Positions 51,627 to 64,000 of a stretch of 64,000 nucleotides of DNA are shown piece after piece (the stretch's first letter is position 1; the number at the start of each line of letters is the position of its first letter). The stretch spans positions 3,658,001-3,722,000 of the forward strand of contig NC_043018.1 of NCBI RefSeq assembly GCF_006345805.1. The letters are read 5' to 3'. Source of the DNA: Octopus sinensis (lineage: Eukaryota). The notes under the pieces are model-generated. The model worked only from the letters and a program-made list of their open reading frames with translations. It made no database searches and had not been told where the DNA came from. The position numbers were made by a program, and so were the translations under genes.

Positions 51627-52882
51627 AATGAGAATCTGTATGTGTGTATGTATGTTGCTATTGTTTAGCGTGGGTTAATGTCTCATCAAACAGATTATTG
51701 TTGTTCCCACTTGTATTGGAAGAAGTAGTGCTAGGAAGGATTAGTGGGGCTGTGATGTGAACTGATTTTTTAAGCCTTTTCACGTAGCCAATTCTAAGAG
51801 AGAGAGAGAGGGGGAGGGAGGGAGGGAAGGAGGGATGAGGGAGAGAGAAGAATCGCTACTAAAACAAAAGACTTGTATTTTATTTATCGAACACGAAAAG
51901 GTGAACAGTAAAGTTGACCTTGGTGTGGTTTGAACACGGAATCCAAACAACCGGAAGGAACATTTCATCCGACAATTCTAACGAGTCTGCTAATTCAATC
52001 CCTAAAACAGGGACATGTAATCGAACACAATTCAGGTACAAACTCTCGGGAATACACTGGTTAAATCAAGCAAAAAACCAAAAAAAAAAACATCTTGTAC
52101 AGTAAAATGGTTGAAAATCACCCCAAAACCATCCGGGTTGCTTTAGATTCCTTTTCCTTTCCAAAGAGTAATTTTTTTTTTTTCATTTCACAAAATTACA
52201 AGCGAGTTTCCCAAAGCATCCAATTTACTCGGAACGTCGTGTTAGTTCGAACGGATGACAAAATTGACTCCTGGCTGGATTTGAACCCAAAACGCAAAAA
52301 GTTGGAACAAATGTATGGAAAAGCTTAGCCGTCATTCGCGAGCGAGAATGGCCTGACGCCATGTGTCACGCTCTTGTTGCTTATTTCGATTGGCGCCTGT
52401 CTGGTCGCGTACGTACTGACAGAGACACCCTTTCGGCCCTTTCGACCTTCACCCTACGACACATCAAGGGTGTCACACCTCGACGGAAGCGGGTGGTTGC
52501 GGGTTCATTAGTACTTCGGGTGGGATTTATTTACAATTGAAGCAAAGCTCAAGGATCTAATGCGCTACCCGTTTCAGGAATGGTACTAACGTCATTATGA
52601 CCTTGAAACAAATACCCTGCCCACCCCACCACGCACCCAGGAGCCTTCATCGGTGCAAATGATGGAACTGGAATCTGTTTGTTTGTTTTATTTTATTTTT
52701 ATTCTTTTCTTTACAGACAATTCATCGGGAGTACAAAAACATGAAAAACGAACATTGCATCAGCATCACTATCATCATTGCCATCATCGAAACAACAACC
52801 GCGGTCACCACCATCACCACCATCACCACCGCAATCACAACAGCATCATCATCACTCAACGACCGCCACAACCATCACCACC

Positions 52883-52916
<34 letters not shown>

Positions 52917-53063
52917 TCTTCATCATCATCATCATCATAAGAAGAAGAAGAAGAAGAACAACAACAACAACAACCATTGTATGATTGCCGTCACAGCAAC
53001 AATACCCACCACCACCACCATATCGGCAGTATATTAACATCAGCAGTAACAACAACAACAACA

Positions 53064-53114
<51 letters not shown>

Positions 53115-53691
53115 GGTAAACCATGGGAAAAACATGCACTTTCTTTCCATGCAACACAGAAACTAACGAATGAGAACAGTCAGTCAGTCAGTGAGAAGAT
53201 AAGCAAGGCAGGTAGGCAGGCAGGTAGGCAGGCAGGCAGGCAGGCAGGTAAGGCAGGCAGGCAGGCAAGGCCAGGTAGACACACTGCACAGACGGACGGA
53301 CGGAGAGACAGGCAGACGGACAGCCGGTTTCACAGCCATGCAGACGCGCAGGCGCGCGTGCACACACACAAACAAACATCATTTAGGACGTCAGAAAGTA
53401 TAAGAGAGACAAACAAGTATAGAGCGATACGTTAATATCGAAGACACAAACAAATGCTTACGTATACACACACACACGCACACACAGACACACACACACA
53501 CACACACATACACATACATACATACATACATACATACATACATACATACATACATACGCATATACATGCATACAAAAATATCGTGTTGATGTTGTTGAAA
53601 TTCCAATGAAGGAACCTTAGATCTAGGTTAGAAACCAGCTCTTTCTCTTTTGGCAAGAAATCTTGAAATGTACTGAATAATGATATAAATA

Positions 53692-54287
53692 GCTCGCTTC
53701 CCAACCACATGGTTCCGGGTTCAGTTCCACTGCATGGCACCTTCGGCAAGTGTCTTCTACTATAACCTCGGGCCGACCAAAGCCTTGCGAGTGGATTTGG
53801 TAGACGGAAACTGAAAGAAGCCCGTCGTATGTATATGTGTGTGTGTGCTTGTGTCTTTGTCCCTCAACCATCGTTTGACAACCGATGTTGGTATGTTTAT
53901 GCCACTGTAACTTAACGGTTCGGCAAAAGAGACCCGATAGAATAAGTACTAGTCTTTTACTTGTTTCAGTCATTTGACTGTGGCCATGCTAGAGCACCAC
54001 CTTTAGTCGAGCAAATAGACCCAAGGACTTATTCTTTGGATGCCTAGTACTTATTCTATCGGGTTCTTTGCCGAACCGCTAAGTGACGGGGACGTAAACA
54101 CACCAGCATCGGTTGTCAAGCAATGCTAGGGGTACAAACACAGACACACAAACACATACACATACATACATATACATATATACATATATACGACAGGCTT
54201 CTTTCAGTTTCCGTCTACCAAATCCACTCACAAGGCATTGGTCGGCCCGGGGCTATAGCAGAAGACACTTGCCCAAGATGCCACGCA
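53692..54287. mobile_element. Two SINE family A copies joined tail to tail
   Basis: Plus copy at about 53692-53955, minus copy at about 53955-54287. Confidence 0.75.
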
Positions 54288-55358
54288 GGGTAGCTTATTC
54301 GCAATTTTACAACCTAAAGGTAAAAATATAGACGTCACCAAGGTGACAAAGGGCACTAATCAGCACCAGTATTGCTAGAAATAAGAGTCAAACCAACTGA
54401 ATAGCCACAGATAGCATTTGTTAATGACCGCCAAGAGAGGCAAGCTCGCTACAGCGCCGGACATGGCCAGATCATCGATGATTTTTCAGAGAATCGAAAG
54501 CTATTTCGTTGTTATTTTTAGCTGGTCCAGTGACTCCCATTGACTTCTCACGCTGTCGTGCAGTTGAGTTGCAGTTCTGGGTGTCTGTGTGTCTGTGTGT
54601 CTGTGCGATGTGTAAAAGGAAGTAAGAACCTACGAACCCATTGTTTCATACCTACAGCGCCTGCCACCTCCTGGCTTTATTATTATAATAACTCGTATAG
54701 GTATTTCCCACTTTTGAAGTTCCGACAAAGATGGTGAGCTGGCACATCCTGGCGCTTCCTGAAACAGAGAACTCATTGCAACATTTCTTCCGATACTTTA
54801 CGTTCTGAGTTCAAATTTTACAGAGGACAATTTTGCTTTTCATCCATTGGAGGTCGATAAAATAAATAATCACAGACTGGACTCGATGTAATCGATTTCG
54901 TCCCACGTTTCAGAATTGAAGGCTTTGTGCCAAACTTAGAAGCAATAAAAAATCCGCTTCTTAATATTTTATATTTATTTATTATTTGTCAGCTTATAAG
55001 ATTTCCGTTGAAATCACGCTAATTGCATAAACGGTAAAAGTGAAAATTATAAATAATACGGATGGCTAATTCACAATTTTACAACCAAAAGGCAGAGATA
55101 TATGCTTCACTAAAGTGACAAATGGCACTAGTAAATACCAGTATTGCTAGAAATAAGAGTCAAAGCAACTCAATAGCCACAAGGAAAAAAGAAACACACA
55201 TACACACACACCAAAGCAAAAGCAGGTGGGATTTAGATTGATCAAAGGGAGACACTACAATATCAAAGGATATCACAAAGGATATACAAACAGAAGTTAG
55301 AGAAATAAATAATAGATTATTGAATTGAATCCCCAAGAGCAGGAGAGTCCATTTAGGG

Positions 55359-55700
55359 CAGAGGTTCTCAAACTTTTTTGGGCCACCCCACCCCCATGGC
55401 CACATAATACCCTCAGCGCCTCCACCCCTATTTTTATGTATAAATAAATATTTTATATTTTACTAATTTATATATCTTATGAATCATTTGATATTTAGGA
55501 TAATATTATATAATTTGTATACAATACTATAACAATATTATAATCAATTCATAGCGACCCCTAATTCACTGCTTTCCTCCCAACGCCTCCTTTTTCTCTA
55601 CCCTTTCAACCCGCACCACCCCCTTAGACACCAGTGCCCATCTGGACCCTCTCACCCCCACCGGGAGGGGAGGTGGTAGCGTTCACTTTGAGAACCTATG
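55359..55700. mobile_element. hAT-type MITE
   Basis: TIRs CAGAGGTTCTCAAA / TTTGAGAACCTATG; TSD not convincing. Confidence 0.55.
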
Positions 55701-56221
55701 GCTCAGAGTAATTCGGGTACCCGTCCGGCAAGGATTGACCGGGGGCTAAAAGCTCATCAACAACAGCTACAAGAACAACTTTACTGTAGGACAGGTATTA
55801 GAAACGGGGTGCAAAGAGATATAGAACTCCCCGCCTCAGCCGTGACCACCCAGCCACATACACACTTACCGAGACATTGTCATTGTAGCTAGTAAGAAGC
55901 AGACTTGGGATAATTATTTCATAATTACTAGGTGCTAATTACTATCATTATTATAGATATTGTGATCAACAGCAAAATATCTTGACTCATAGGTCGTCTG
56001 ATTCAATGGGGATCTTGTTTGCTTTTTTTGTTTTAGGGCCAAACTATGGAACGTGTCTATCGGGGATAGAAACGATACTTCCGTTTCCCTTTCGCCGGAT
56101 GCCTTTTGTCAGCTTTTCTCCGACAACCAGAATTGTATTAGTTACATACATACACACACACACATACATAAATTATATTGCAATATATATATTACATACA
56201 GATATACTTATATATAAGTAC

Positions 56222-56606
56222 GTGGAGGCGCAATGGCCCAGTGGTTAGGGCAGCGGACTCGCGGTCGTAGGATCGCGGTTTCGATTCCCAAACCGGGCGT
56301 TGTGAGTGTTTATTGAGCGAAAACACCTAAAAGCTCCACGAGGCTCCGGCAGGGGATGCTGGTGATCCCTGCTGTACTCTTTCACCACAACTTTCTCTCA
56401 CTCTTACTTCCTGTTTCTGTTGTATCTGTATTTCAAAGGGCCGGCCTTGTCACTCTCTGTGTCACGCTGAATATCCCCGAGAACAACGTTAAGGGTACAC
56501 GTGTCTGTGGAGTGCTCAGCCACTTGCACGTTAATTTCACGAGCAGGCTGTTCCGTTGATCGGATCAACCGGAACCCTCGTCATCGTAACCGACGGAGTG
56601 CTTCCA
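56222..56606 (+). mobile_element. SINE family C, full length
   Basis: Near-identical to 45729-46113. Confidence 0.88.
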
Positions 56607-56999
56607 TATAAGTACACACACACACACACATGCACACACGCACACACGCACATATTAATTCAAAACTCGACTCCATCGGTCACGAATGACCATGGGTGCA
56701 CCTAAGAGGTTCCGGTTCCCCTCCAGGATACATGTCTGGGCGGAAAGTCGCCTCAACGGCGGACGCACAGCCTAGGGTTCACACCACTGACGTCGCAACT
56801 CATTTCTACAGCTGAATGAACTGGAATAGCGTGAAATAAAGTGTCTTGCTCATGAACACAACACGCAGCCCCGGTCCGGGAATCGAACTTACAACCTCAC
56901 GATCGTAAGCTCGACGTTCTAACCACTGAGCCATGCGCCTTCACACAAACACACACACACATATGTGACTAGTGTGTTAAGAAACACTCCACAGCAATT

Positions 57000-58740
57000 A
57001 GTGCTCAATTAGTACTGTTTTATCGATCCCTGAAAGAATGGCAGGCAGAGTCGACCTCAGTGGAATTTGAACCGAGAACGTAAAGCCGGACGAAATGCCG
57101 CTCGATGTGATAAAGATTCTGTCTGTTCGTCGCCTTCATTATTAAAGTAATAATCCTTTCTGCCATAGGCACAAGGTCTGAAATTTATGGGGAGGGGTTA
57201 AGTCGATTTCATCGACCCCAGTGCGTAACTGGTACTTATTTCATCGACCCCCACGAAAGGATGACCTCGGCGGAATTTGAACACAGAACAAAGACGGAAG
57301 AAATACCTATTTCTTTACTACCCACAGGGGGCTAAACACAGAGGGGACAAACAAGGACAGACAAACGGATTAAGCCGATTATACCGACCCCAGTGCGTAA
57401 CTGGTACTTATTTAATCGACCTCGAAAGGATGAAAGGCAAAGTCGACCTCGGCGGAATTTGAACTCAGAACGTAACGGCAGACGAAATACCTCCAAGCAT
57501 TTCGCCCGGCGTGCTAACCATTCTGCAACCTCACCGCCTTCGTTATTAAAGCAATAATGATTTCAAATTTTGGCACAAGGCCAGCAATTTCGTGGTGGTG
57601 GGGATGAATCGATTACATCGATCCCAGCGTTCAGCTTGTATTTATTTTATCGACCCCGAAAGGATGAAAAGCAAAGGTTGATTTCGGTGGAATCTGAACT
57701 CAGAACGTAAAGCCGGACAAAATGCCGCTATGGATTTTTGTCCGGTGTACTAGAGATTCTGTCAGCTCATCACCTTGATTATTAAAGTAAGGATAAGGAT
57801 TATAAATACCTTATTCTTTACTTCTAAGTTGTTCATTTCTATCCTTTCATTTTCATTCTTTAAATAGTTTTTGTTTTGTTTTGTTTTTTTTTCTTGATTT
57901 CTCTGATTGCTTCGAAAGAATTGCAAGGTGGTCGGTGGGGGTAAACACCCTGATGCTTTATTTAGTTACAGCCAATTAGGCGCTGAATTCAAATGTCAAC
58001 AAAGTAAACTCTACTTTCGGGGTTGATAAATTCAAGTCCCATTTTTGCTGCATAATCAGCAAGCAGCCACTGTTGCAAGTTGTTTACCCGTCTATTCTAA
58101 GTAACAGCAGATGTTTTTAGCCTTTACTTATATAGTTTTCAGAACTGTTAATGAAATTACGGTTTCTACTTTTAGAATAAGGAAGCCATTGCTATGATAG
58201 TTCAAGACCTTGATAAGAGCAGCAACAGATAACTGGAAGTTTGTCGAAGGACAGTTCAAAATTAGTCTAAGGGATCTGTGGTGGGAAGATACTGTACGGC
58301 ATCTAAGATATGTCAACGATATTTATTTAATATCCAACAGTTTAAAGGCGTGGAGGGGGAGCTGGCAGAAACGTTAGCACGCCGGGAGAGATGCTTAGCG
58401 GTATTTCATCTGTCGCTACGTTCTGCGTTCAAATTCCGCCGAGGTCGACTTTGCCTTTCATCCTTTCGAGGTCGATAAATAACAGTTACGCACTGGGGTC
58501 GATGTAATCGACTTAAACCGTTTGTCCTCTCTGTGTTTAGCCTCTTGTGGGTAGTAAAGAAATAGGTATTTCGTCCGCCGTTACGTTCTGAATTCAAATT
58601 CCACCGAGGTTGACTTTGCCTTTCATCCTTTCGGGGTCGATAAATTAAGTACCAGTTGCGTACTGGGGTCGATGTAATGGAATGGTGCTCCTCCCACCCA
58701 AATTTCAAGCCTTGTGCCTAGAGTAGAAAAGAATATCGTG
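57000..58740. mobile_element. Cluster of SINE family B copies and fragments (minus strand at about 57000-57780, plus strand at about 58350-58740)
   Basis: Central domain recurs at least six times. Confidence 0.75.
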
Positions 58741-59949
58741 AATAATATTCTAAATTAAAATTCTTTTAGGAGTTCATAAAACAGTAGCAGTCAAGCACTG
58801 GGGTTGATGTAATCGACCAGCCCCTAACTCACCCAAATTTCAGGCCTTGAGCATATCGTAGAGAGAATAACTTTTTTCAAGATCGTCAAGCATTTGTATA
58901 GATTTTCTAAAGCGTTAAGTTGTATTGTTGAATATTTCCGGTGCACCCAGATCCGCCTTGCAGCAAACAGCTCAAGAACCACTCTTCTCTATTGTGTCTT
59001 AAACTTAGCTTTTGCAATTTATGCTGGGTATCAGTGGCTGGCGTCTGTTTTCTATTTTTCTGTGATTTCTTTATCACAGACTTCCTGATTTAGTTTACAC
59101 CAGTTTTATGACAGCTGTTTGTTTGTTTGTGTGTGTTGTTGTTATATTGTGCTTAGGGATTGTTTCTGAATTTTTTAAACCACACACACACACACACACA
59201 CATTCTTTTATTCTTTTATTTGCTTCAATCATTTGACTGCGGCCATGCTGGAGCACGACCTTTAGATAAACAAATCGACCCCAGGACTTATTCTTTGTCA
59301 GCTTAGTACTTATTCTATCGGTTACTTTTGCTGAAACGCTAAGTTACGGGGACGTAAACACACCAATATCGGTTTTCAAGCACTGAGAGAATTAGGAACA
59401 TACAAAAATGATGAAGCGTAGGAGAGAATCAAGAACAATTCTAAACTGTATCTAGGAACAAATACCTTGTGGTATTTATTCTACCTTTTTGAGTTTTTAG
59501 GGTCGATGAATAAAGTATATGTTTCCAGTGGTGAACTAAAGAAATTTTTAAAGTGTCAAATGAGATATATAGCAGTATGTGATTTGGTTCTCAATGTTCT
59601 GAGTTCAAACGTGGCTTAGGGTACATCAGGTCGTAGACTTACTCTAGTCTTTGGTTCAATACCACCACATGGCCCTTGGGTCTCATTAGCAAAGGGGCTC
59701 AGTTCCAAACATTTGGAGCCAAAACTCTGATTTGACAATATTCCCCCAACCCTCTTTCGTTTCCTTCCACAGTCTTCAAAGACCTTGAAAAAGATCATCA
59801 TCTTTTGTTTTAGAAACTTTCCTCCCTCTTCACCTGTCTCGAAAACTCTAAAGAAGATTATAGCTTATAGTTTGAGGACACCTTCCCTCTTTATTTTCTT
59901 TCCATCAGTTTGGGAGACCCTAAAATAAATCATGGGCACAGGTTTGAAG

Positions 59950-60076
59950 ATCTTCTTCTTCTTCTTCTTCTTCTTCTTCTTCTTCTTCTTCTTCTTCTTC
60001 TTCTTCTTCTTCTTCTTCTTCTTCTTCTTCTTCTTCTTCTTCTTCTTCTTCTTCTGCTTCTTCTTCTTCTTCTTCT
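59950..60076. repeat. (CTT)n microsatellite
   Basis: Read directly; source of the poly-K/L/R/F ORFs. Confidence 0.95.
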
Positions 60077-60599
60077 TACTCTCTCTCTCCCCTCTCTCCT
60101 CCTCTCTTTGTTTCTCTCTTTTTCTACTTCCTTTCTTCCCACCTGTCTCGGCAACCCTGTGAAAGATCATAAATGCTGTGCTGCTCCTGTTTAAACGATG
60201 AAAAATTGAAAAAGGCTCGCAAAGAAACACCTTCTCTACACCGCAAAATAAAGCCCTTTTTCAAAGAAACGGATCACTCGTTGTAGACCACCAATAGGAT
60301 GGCGGAAGCATTGAATGATATTTTTCATTACCCTTCAGGTACAGATGCAAATGTCTCAGTCAGAAAGAGATTTTCAAACCTGCATTTTTTGCATAGTGTA
60401 GTGACGCTAATCAATTACATTGGCATCAGAGAAACTGATGTAATTAGCTTTCAAAGAAAAGGCCAGTTTAAACTTCTCCAACCATTCTCCTGAATTTAGC
60501 TAAAGTCAAACCACACCGGTTACTTTTGCAATGTTTCTTTGAAAGATGTAAAGACCCACAAAACCTGAAAGGAGACATAGTTTGTCCTATTTTGAAACG

Positions 60600-61100
60600 A
60601 AAACGCAGATGCTGAAAGTTACACGTTTATCTCTGACCTTTCATATCAGCAAGGTCATGAAACCTAATTATCACAGAGAAATTGTTTATGTTTTTATACA
60701 AGAATGATTTGCTTAGTAATACTCGACCCAATTTCGTCCAGATAGAAGCAGCATCACATAACATAACAGTTATGGAAGCATTATGATAGGATTTTAAAGC
60801 AGCTCCTCAACCAGTCAAATATACGTATTGCATACCTAGGTTTTAAAAGGCTTTCAACATAATTGATCGTGATGGAATATGCCAAAATCTACGTGGTATT
60901 AGCAGAGTGGGAAAAACCAGAAGACTAGTGAATGAATTCTTAATGGTCAAAAACGCCAGCGTGTTGCAGTCATCGGAGAAAGATCTGCGGAGAGTCAACA
61001 ATCCAGAATGGAGACCATCGAGGAGCAGTTTTGGGGCCTTTACAAGTTGTTAGTAGCATAGTCGTAAATTTATTCGATAATCATGACAGCAAAACTGACC
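60600..61100 (+). pseudogene. Heavily decayed LINE reverse transcriptase remnant
   Basis: Frame-broken motifs in the expected order: ISLT..ISKVM, FRPDRS, AYL.F.KAF, QRVAVIGERS, G...GAVLGPL. Confidence 0.65.
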
Positions 61101-61585
61101 GGCTATCAGAACGATTGTAAAATATTAAAGAAAAGATAATTTAGAAGGACTGAGATGCAGTATATAGATCGGCAAACCGGAAATCATTCATTTACTACCA
61201 TCTAGACTACTAATGTGTTTCTCAAGTTTAAAGACAAAACTGTGACTTAGGAGAGATTTGTCTGCTGTTTCTAATAGGTTGAGCGATTCATTTATTTTTT
61301 GCATTGAACATTTTCATCGTTTTTCACACTCTTTTCCTCTTTTTCGAACATTCCTTCTTTTCCTTACGATTATCTGTCTTTTTGTCTTTTTTATTCGTTA
61401 TTTTAATTCTTTCTTCTATCTCCTTCGATTTCCTAATCAACGTTTTCTCTCTTTCCTTACGTAACCACGTTTGTATTCGTAATTTTTTTCTTCTTGGTGC
61501 AAATAAAATTCAGTAAAAAATCCTCTCATTCCATAATACAAATACACACACACACACACACACGCGCGCGCACATATATATGTAA

Positions 61586-61983
61586 CTAGCAGTATCGCCT
61601 GCGTTGCTCGGGTTTGTAAGGGAAATAACTATAAAGCATTTTTAGAGAGTTATAGCCAAAAAATAGCAAAAATATGCATTAAAAATGGGAAAAAAATGAT
61701 GGTAAATTTTTTTTTAAATCGTTGACTCATCGTAGACATTTTTAGAGAGTTACTTCCCTTATATAATAGCGGAAAAATGCATTAAAATGGAAAAAATTAT
61801 GGTAAATTATTTTTAAAATCGTAGACTCATCGTAGACGCGCGCTAATACCCAGAAGGGCTCGATATGAATCACGACTATAAGATACCCGGTTTTGGTTAA
61901 ACTGCACCGCAAAATGTGGAAGTAGTTAGGAATCTAAATCGTAGGAGACAGACACCACACAACCTCTCTTTTATATATAAAGA
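61586..61983 (-). mobile_element. Non-autonomous Helitron
   Basis: 5' TCTTTATATATAAAAG, 3' hairpin and CTAG, A|T insertion site; 3' part shared with 5727-6110 and 9001-9277. Confidence 0.75.
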
Positions 61984-62046
61984 TATTTTGGAGTAATGAG
62001 TACACGTCTGTTAGTGTGTTGAAGTGCTGAGTAAAGCACTAGCAGT

Positions 62047-62368
62047 GAAGGCGCGTGGCTTAGTGGTTAGGGCATTCAGTTCACGATCGTGAGGTCGTGA
62101 GTTCAATTCCCGGCAACGCGCTGTATCCTTAAGCAAGACACTTTATTTCATGTTGTTCCAGTCCATTCAGCTGGCAAAAATGAGTTGTGCCTGTATTTCA
62201 AAGGGCCAGCCATGTCACACTCTGTGTCACATTGAATCTCCCTGAGAACTACGATAAGGGTACACAAATTTATAGAGTGCTCAGCCACTCGCACGTTAAT
62301 TTCACGGGCAAGCTGTTCCGTAGATCGTACCAACTGGGACCCTCGTCGTCGTAACCGACGGAGTGCTA
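62047..62368 (+). mobile_element. SINE with family D-like head and family C-like 3' half
   Basis: GGCGCGTGGCTTAGTGGTTAGG head; CCCTCGTCGTCGTAACCGACGGAGTGCT tail. Confidence 0.7.
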
Positions 62369-62588
62369 CTTTTTTAAAAGCTCTAGCACAGTTTTGGCTA
62401 CCTGGTATCATCCGCAGTCGGGGTATATTTCGTTCGGATCTAATTCAGGAATTCCGCAGTGATGAGATAATAATCGATTAAGTAAACAGAAGTTGGAATT
62501 GGTACAACTCTTTATTTTGTGAAGAGTTATACCAGTTCCTTCTTCTTCTTCTTCTTCTTCTTCTTCTTCTTCTTCTTCTTCTTCTTCT

Positions 62589-62686
<98 letters not shown>

Positions 62687-62696
62687 ATATATTAAA

Positions 62697-62934
62697 TAGA
62701 GATAAAACCACTATTAGGCAAATCATACAATGAAAAACTTAAGCCAATACATAAGATTATTTAATTTATATTATTTAAATATATAACAAAATTATTTAAA
62801 AAATATGTGTTATATTAATTAATTATATTTTTTTAATAATTTTGTTATATATTTAAATAATATAAATTAAATAATCTTATGTATTGGCTTAAGTTTTTCA
62901 TTGTATGATTTGCCTAATAGTGGTTTTATCTCTA
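62697..62934. repeat. Fold-back palindrome with 100-bp perfect arms, abutting (TA)n
   Basis: 62697-62796 is the exact reverse complement of 62835-62934; pairing continues to an 18-nt loop after one mismatch. Confidence 0.92.
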
Positions 62935-63033
62935 ATTTAATATAATATAATTTTTTACTATAAAATTGGATTCAATCCTAAATCTGATTTTTCCTGTAAG
63001 TTTGGATTTATTCCCTAATATTATTATTTATAT

Positions 63034-63081
<48 letters not shown>

Positions 63082-63430
63082 CACATAAATATATATTAGA
63101 AAAAATTGGAGTCAACATGAAGGAGTACGGTGGGGCATTATTTCCAAACATTACAATTGTTTCTACGCATCGTAGTTCTCCGTGCGTGCAGGTACTTGAT
63201 TATGTAACCGTTTCCCTTCATTATGAGACTTAGTTGTGTTTCCTCGGCCGATATTTAAATATTGTCTCCGTAAGTTCAAATCCTCGGCTTTAAGAGCATC
63301 CTCTGTGTGTGTCGTGTTCTGGAGTTAGCAGTAGCCAATGAGCTTATCAAAATGTGTTGCTGCTGAAGGGCCGTTGGCAAACTGCTTTGAATGTGTAGAT
63401 ATGGCAAGATGGAGATACATAGATATATAA

Positions 63431-63465
<35 letters not shown>

Positions 63466-63498
63466 GGCAGACAGACAGACAGACAGACAGACAGATAG

Positions 63499-63559
<61 letters not shown>

Positions 63560-64000
63560 TGTTTCTTTATTAGCCACACAGGGCTGCACACAGACAGGAC
63601 AAATTACAAGGTAGAACTTTTCTTTTGGGGGTAAAAAAAAGGCGGTTTGGTTTTCGATCAAAAGGGATCGTAAAAGGAAAGAAAGAGGACAAAATAAAAA
63701 AGGGGGGGTGATAAAATAAAATAAAAAAGGGAAAGGAAAAAAATTGATCAATAGGGATCGTTATCACAGAAATGTCAATATGAAGTGTAAAGGGGAGGAC
63801 AGGTGAGGTTTACCCGTGGAAAGAAAAGCCTACGGAAAAGACCACGGTAACCTCGGTCAATGAAGTCACATGTTATATTTATTTTAATTTTTTTTTGCAA
63901 ATAAGCAGCTCTCTGTATTAATTTTTACGGTTCATAGAATCATAGTCAGAGTGGCTTCGTTATTCATACGTGCCATCGTTGCTACATTCACCCATCTTTT

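Noticed and set aside
54303-55180. Direct repeat of about 110 bp at 54303-54410 and 55074-55180
   Set aside because: Diverged copies with unrelated SINE fragments between them and no TG...CA ends or TSD; not an LTR pair.

Overview
AT-rich, microsatellite- and SINE-saturated animal DNA. The repeat families point to an octopus or other coleoid cephalopod (inference). The only host gene I can support is a complete 5-coding-exon mitochondrial uncoupling protein of the UCP1/2/3 type on the minus strand (7192-2263, 963 nt, 320 aa, all GT-AG introns, reading frame closes). The rest is repeat-derived: tRNA-derived SINEs, non-autonomous Helitrons, MITEs, decayed LINE, Tc1/mariner and Helitron coding remnants, two Penelope-like (PLE) GIY-YIG remnants and one 100-N gap. 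The most interesting signal is not in the ORF track. Several short elements sit between (TA)n tracts, many folded back on themselves as long inverted repeats, and carry type-I hammerhead ribozyme motifs. One has a canonical core (15395-15501), one the compensated U3-A8 core (36695-36737), two share a C3/U8 core (37638-37705, 37887-37972) and two share an atypical CUGUNGAA core (33317-33353, 40080-40115). All folds were derived by eye; none has been computed or tested.
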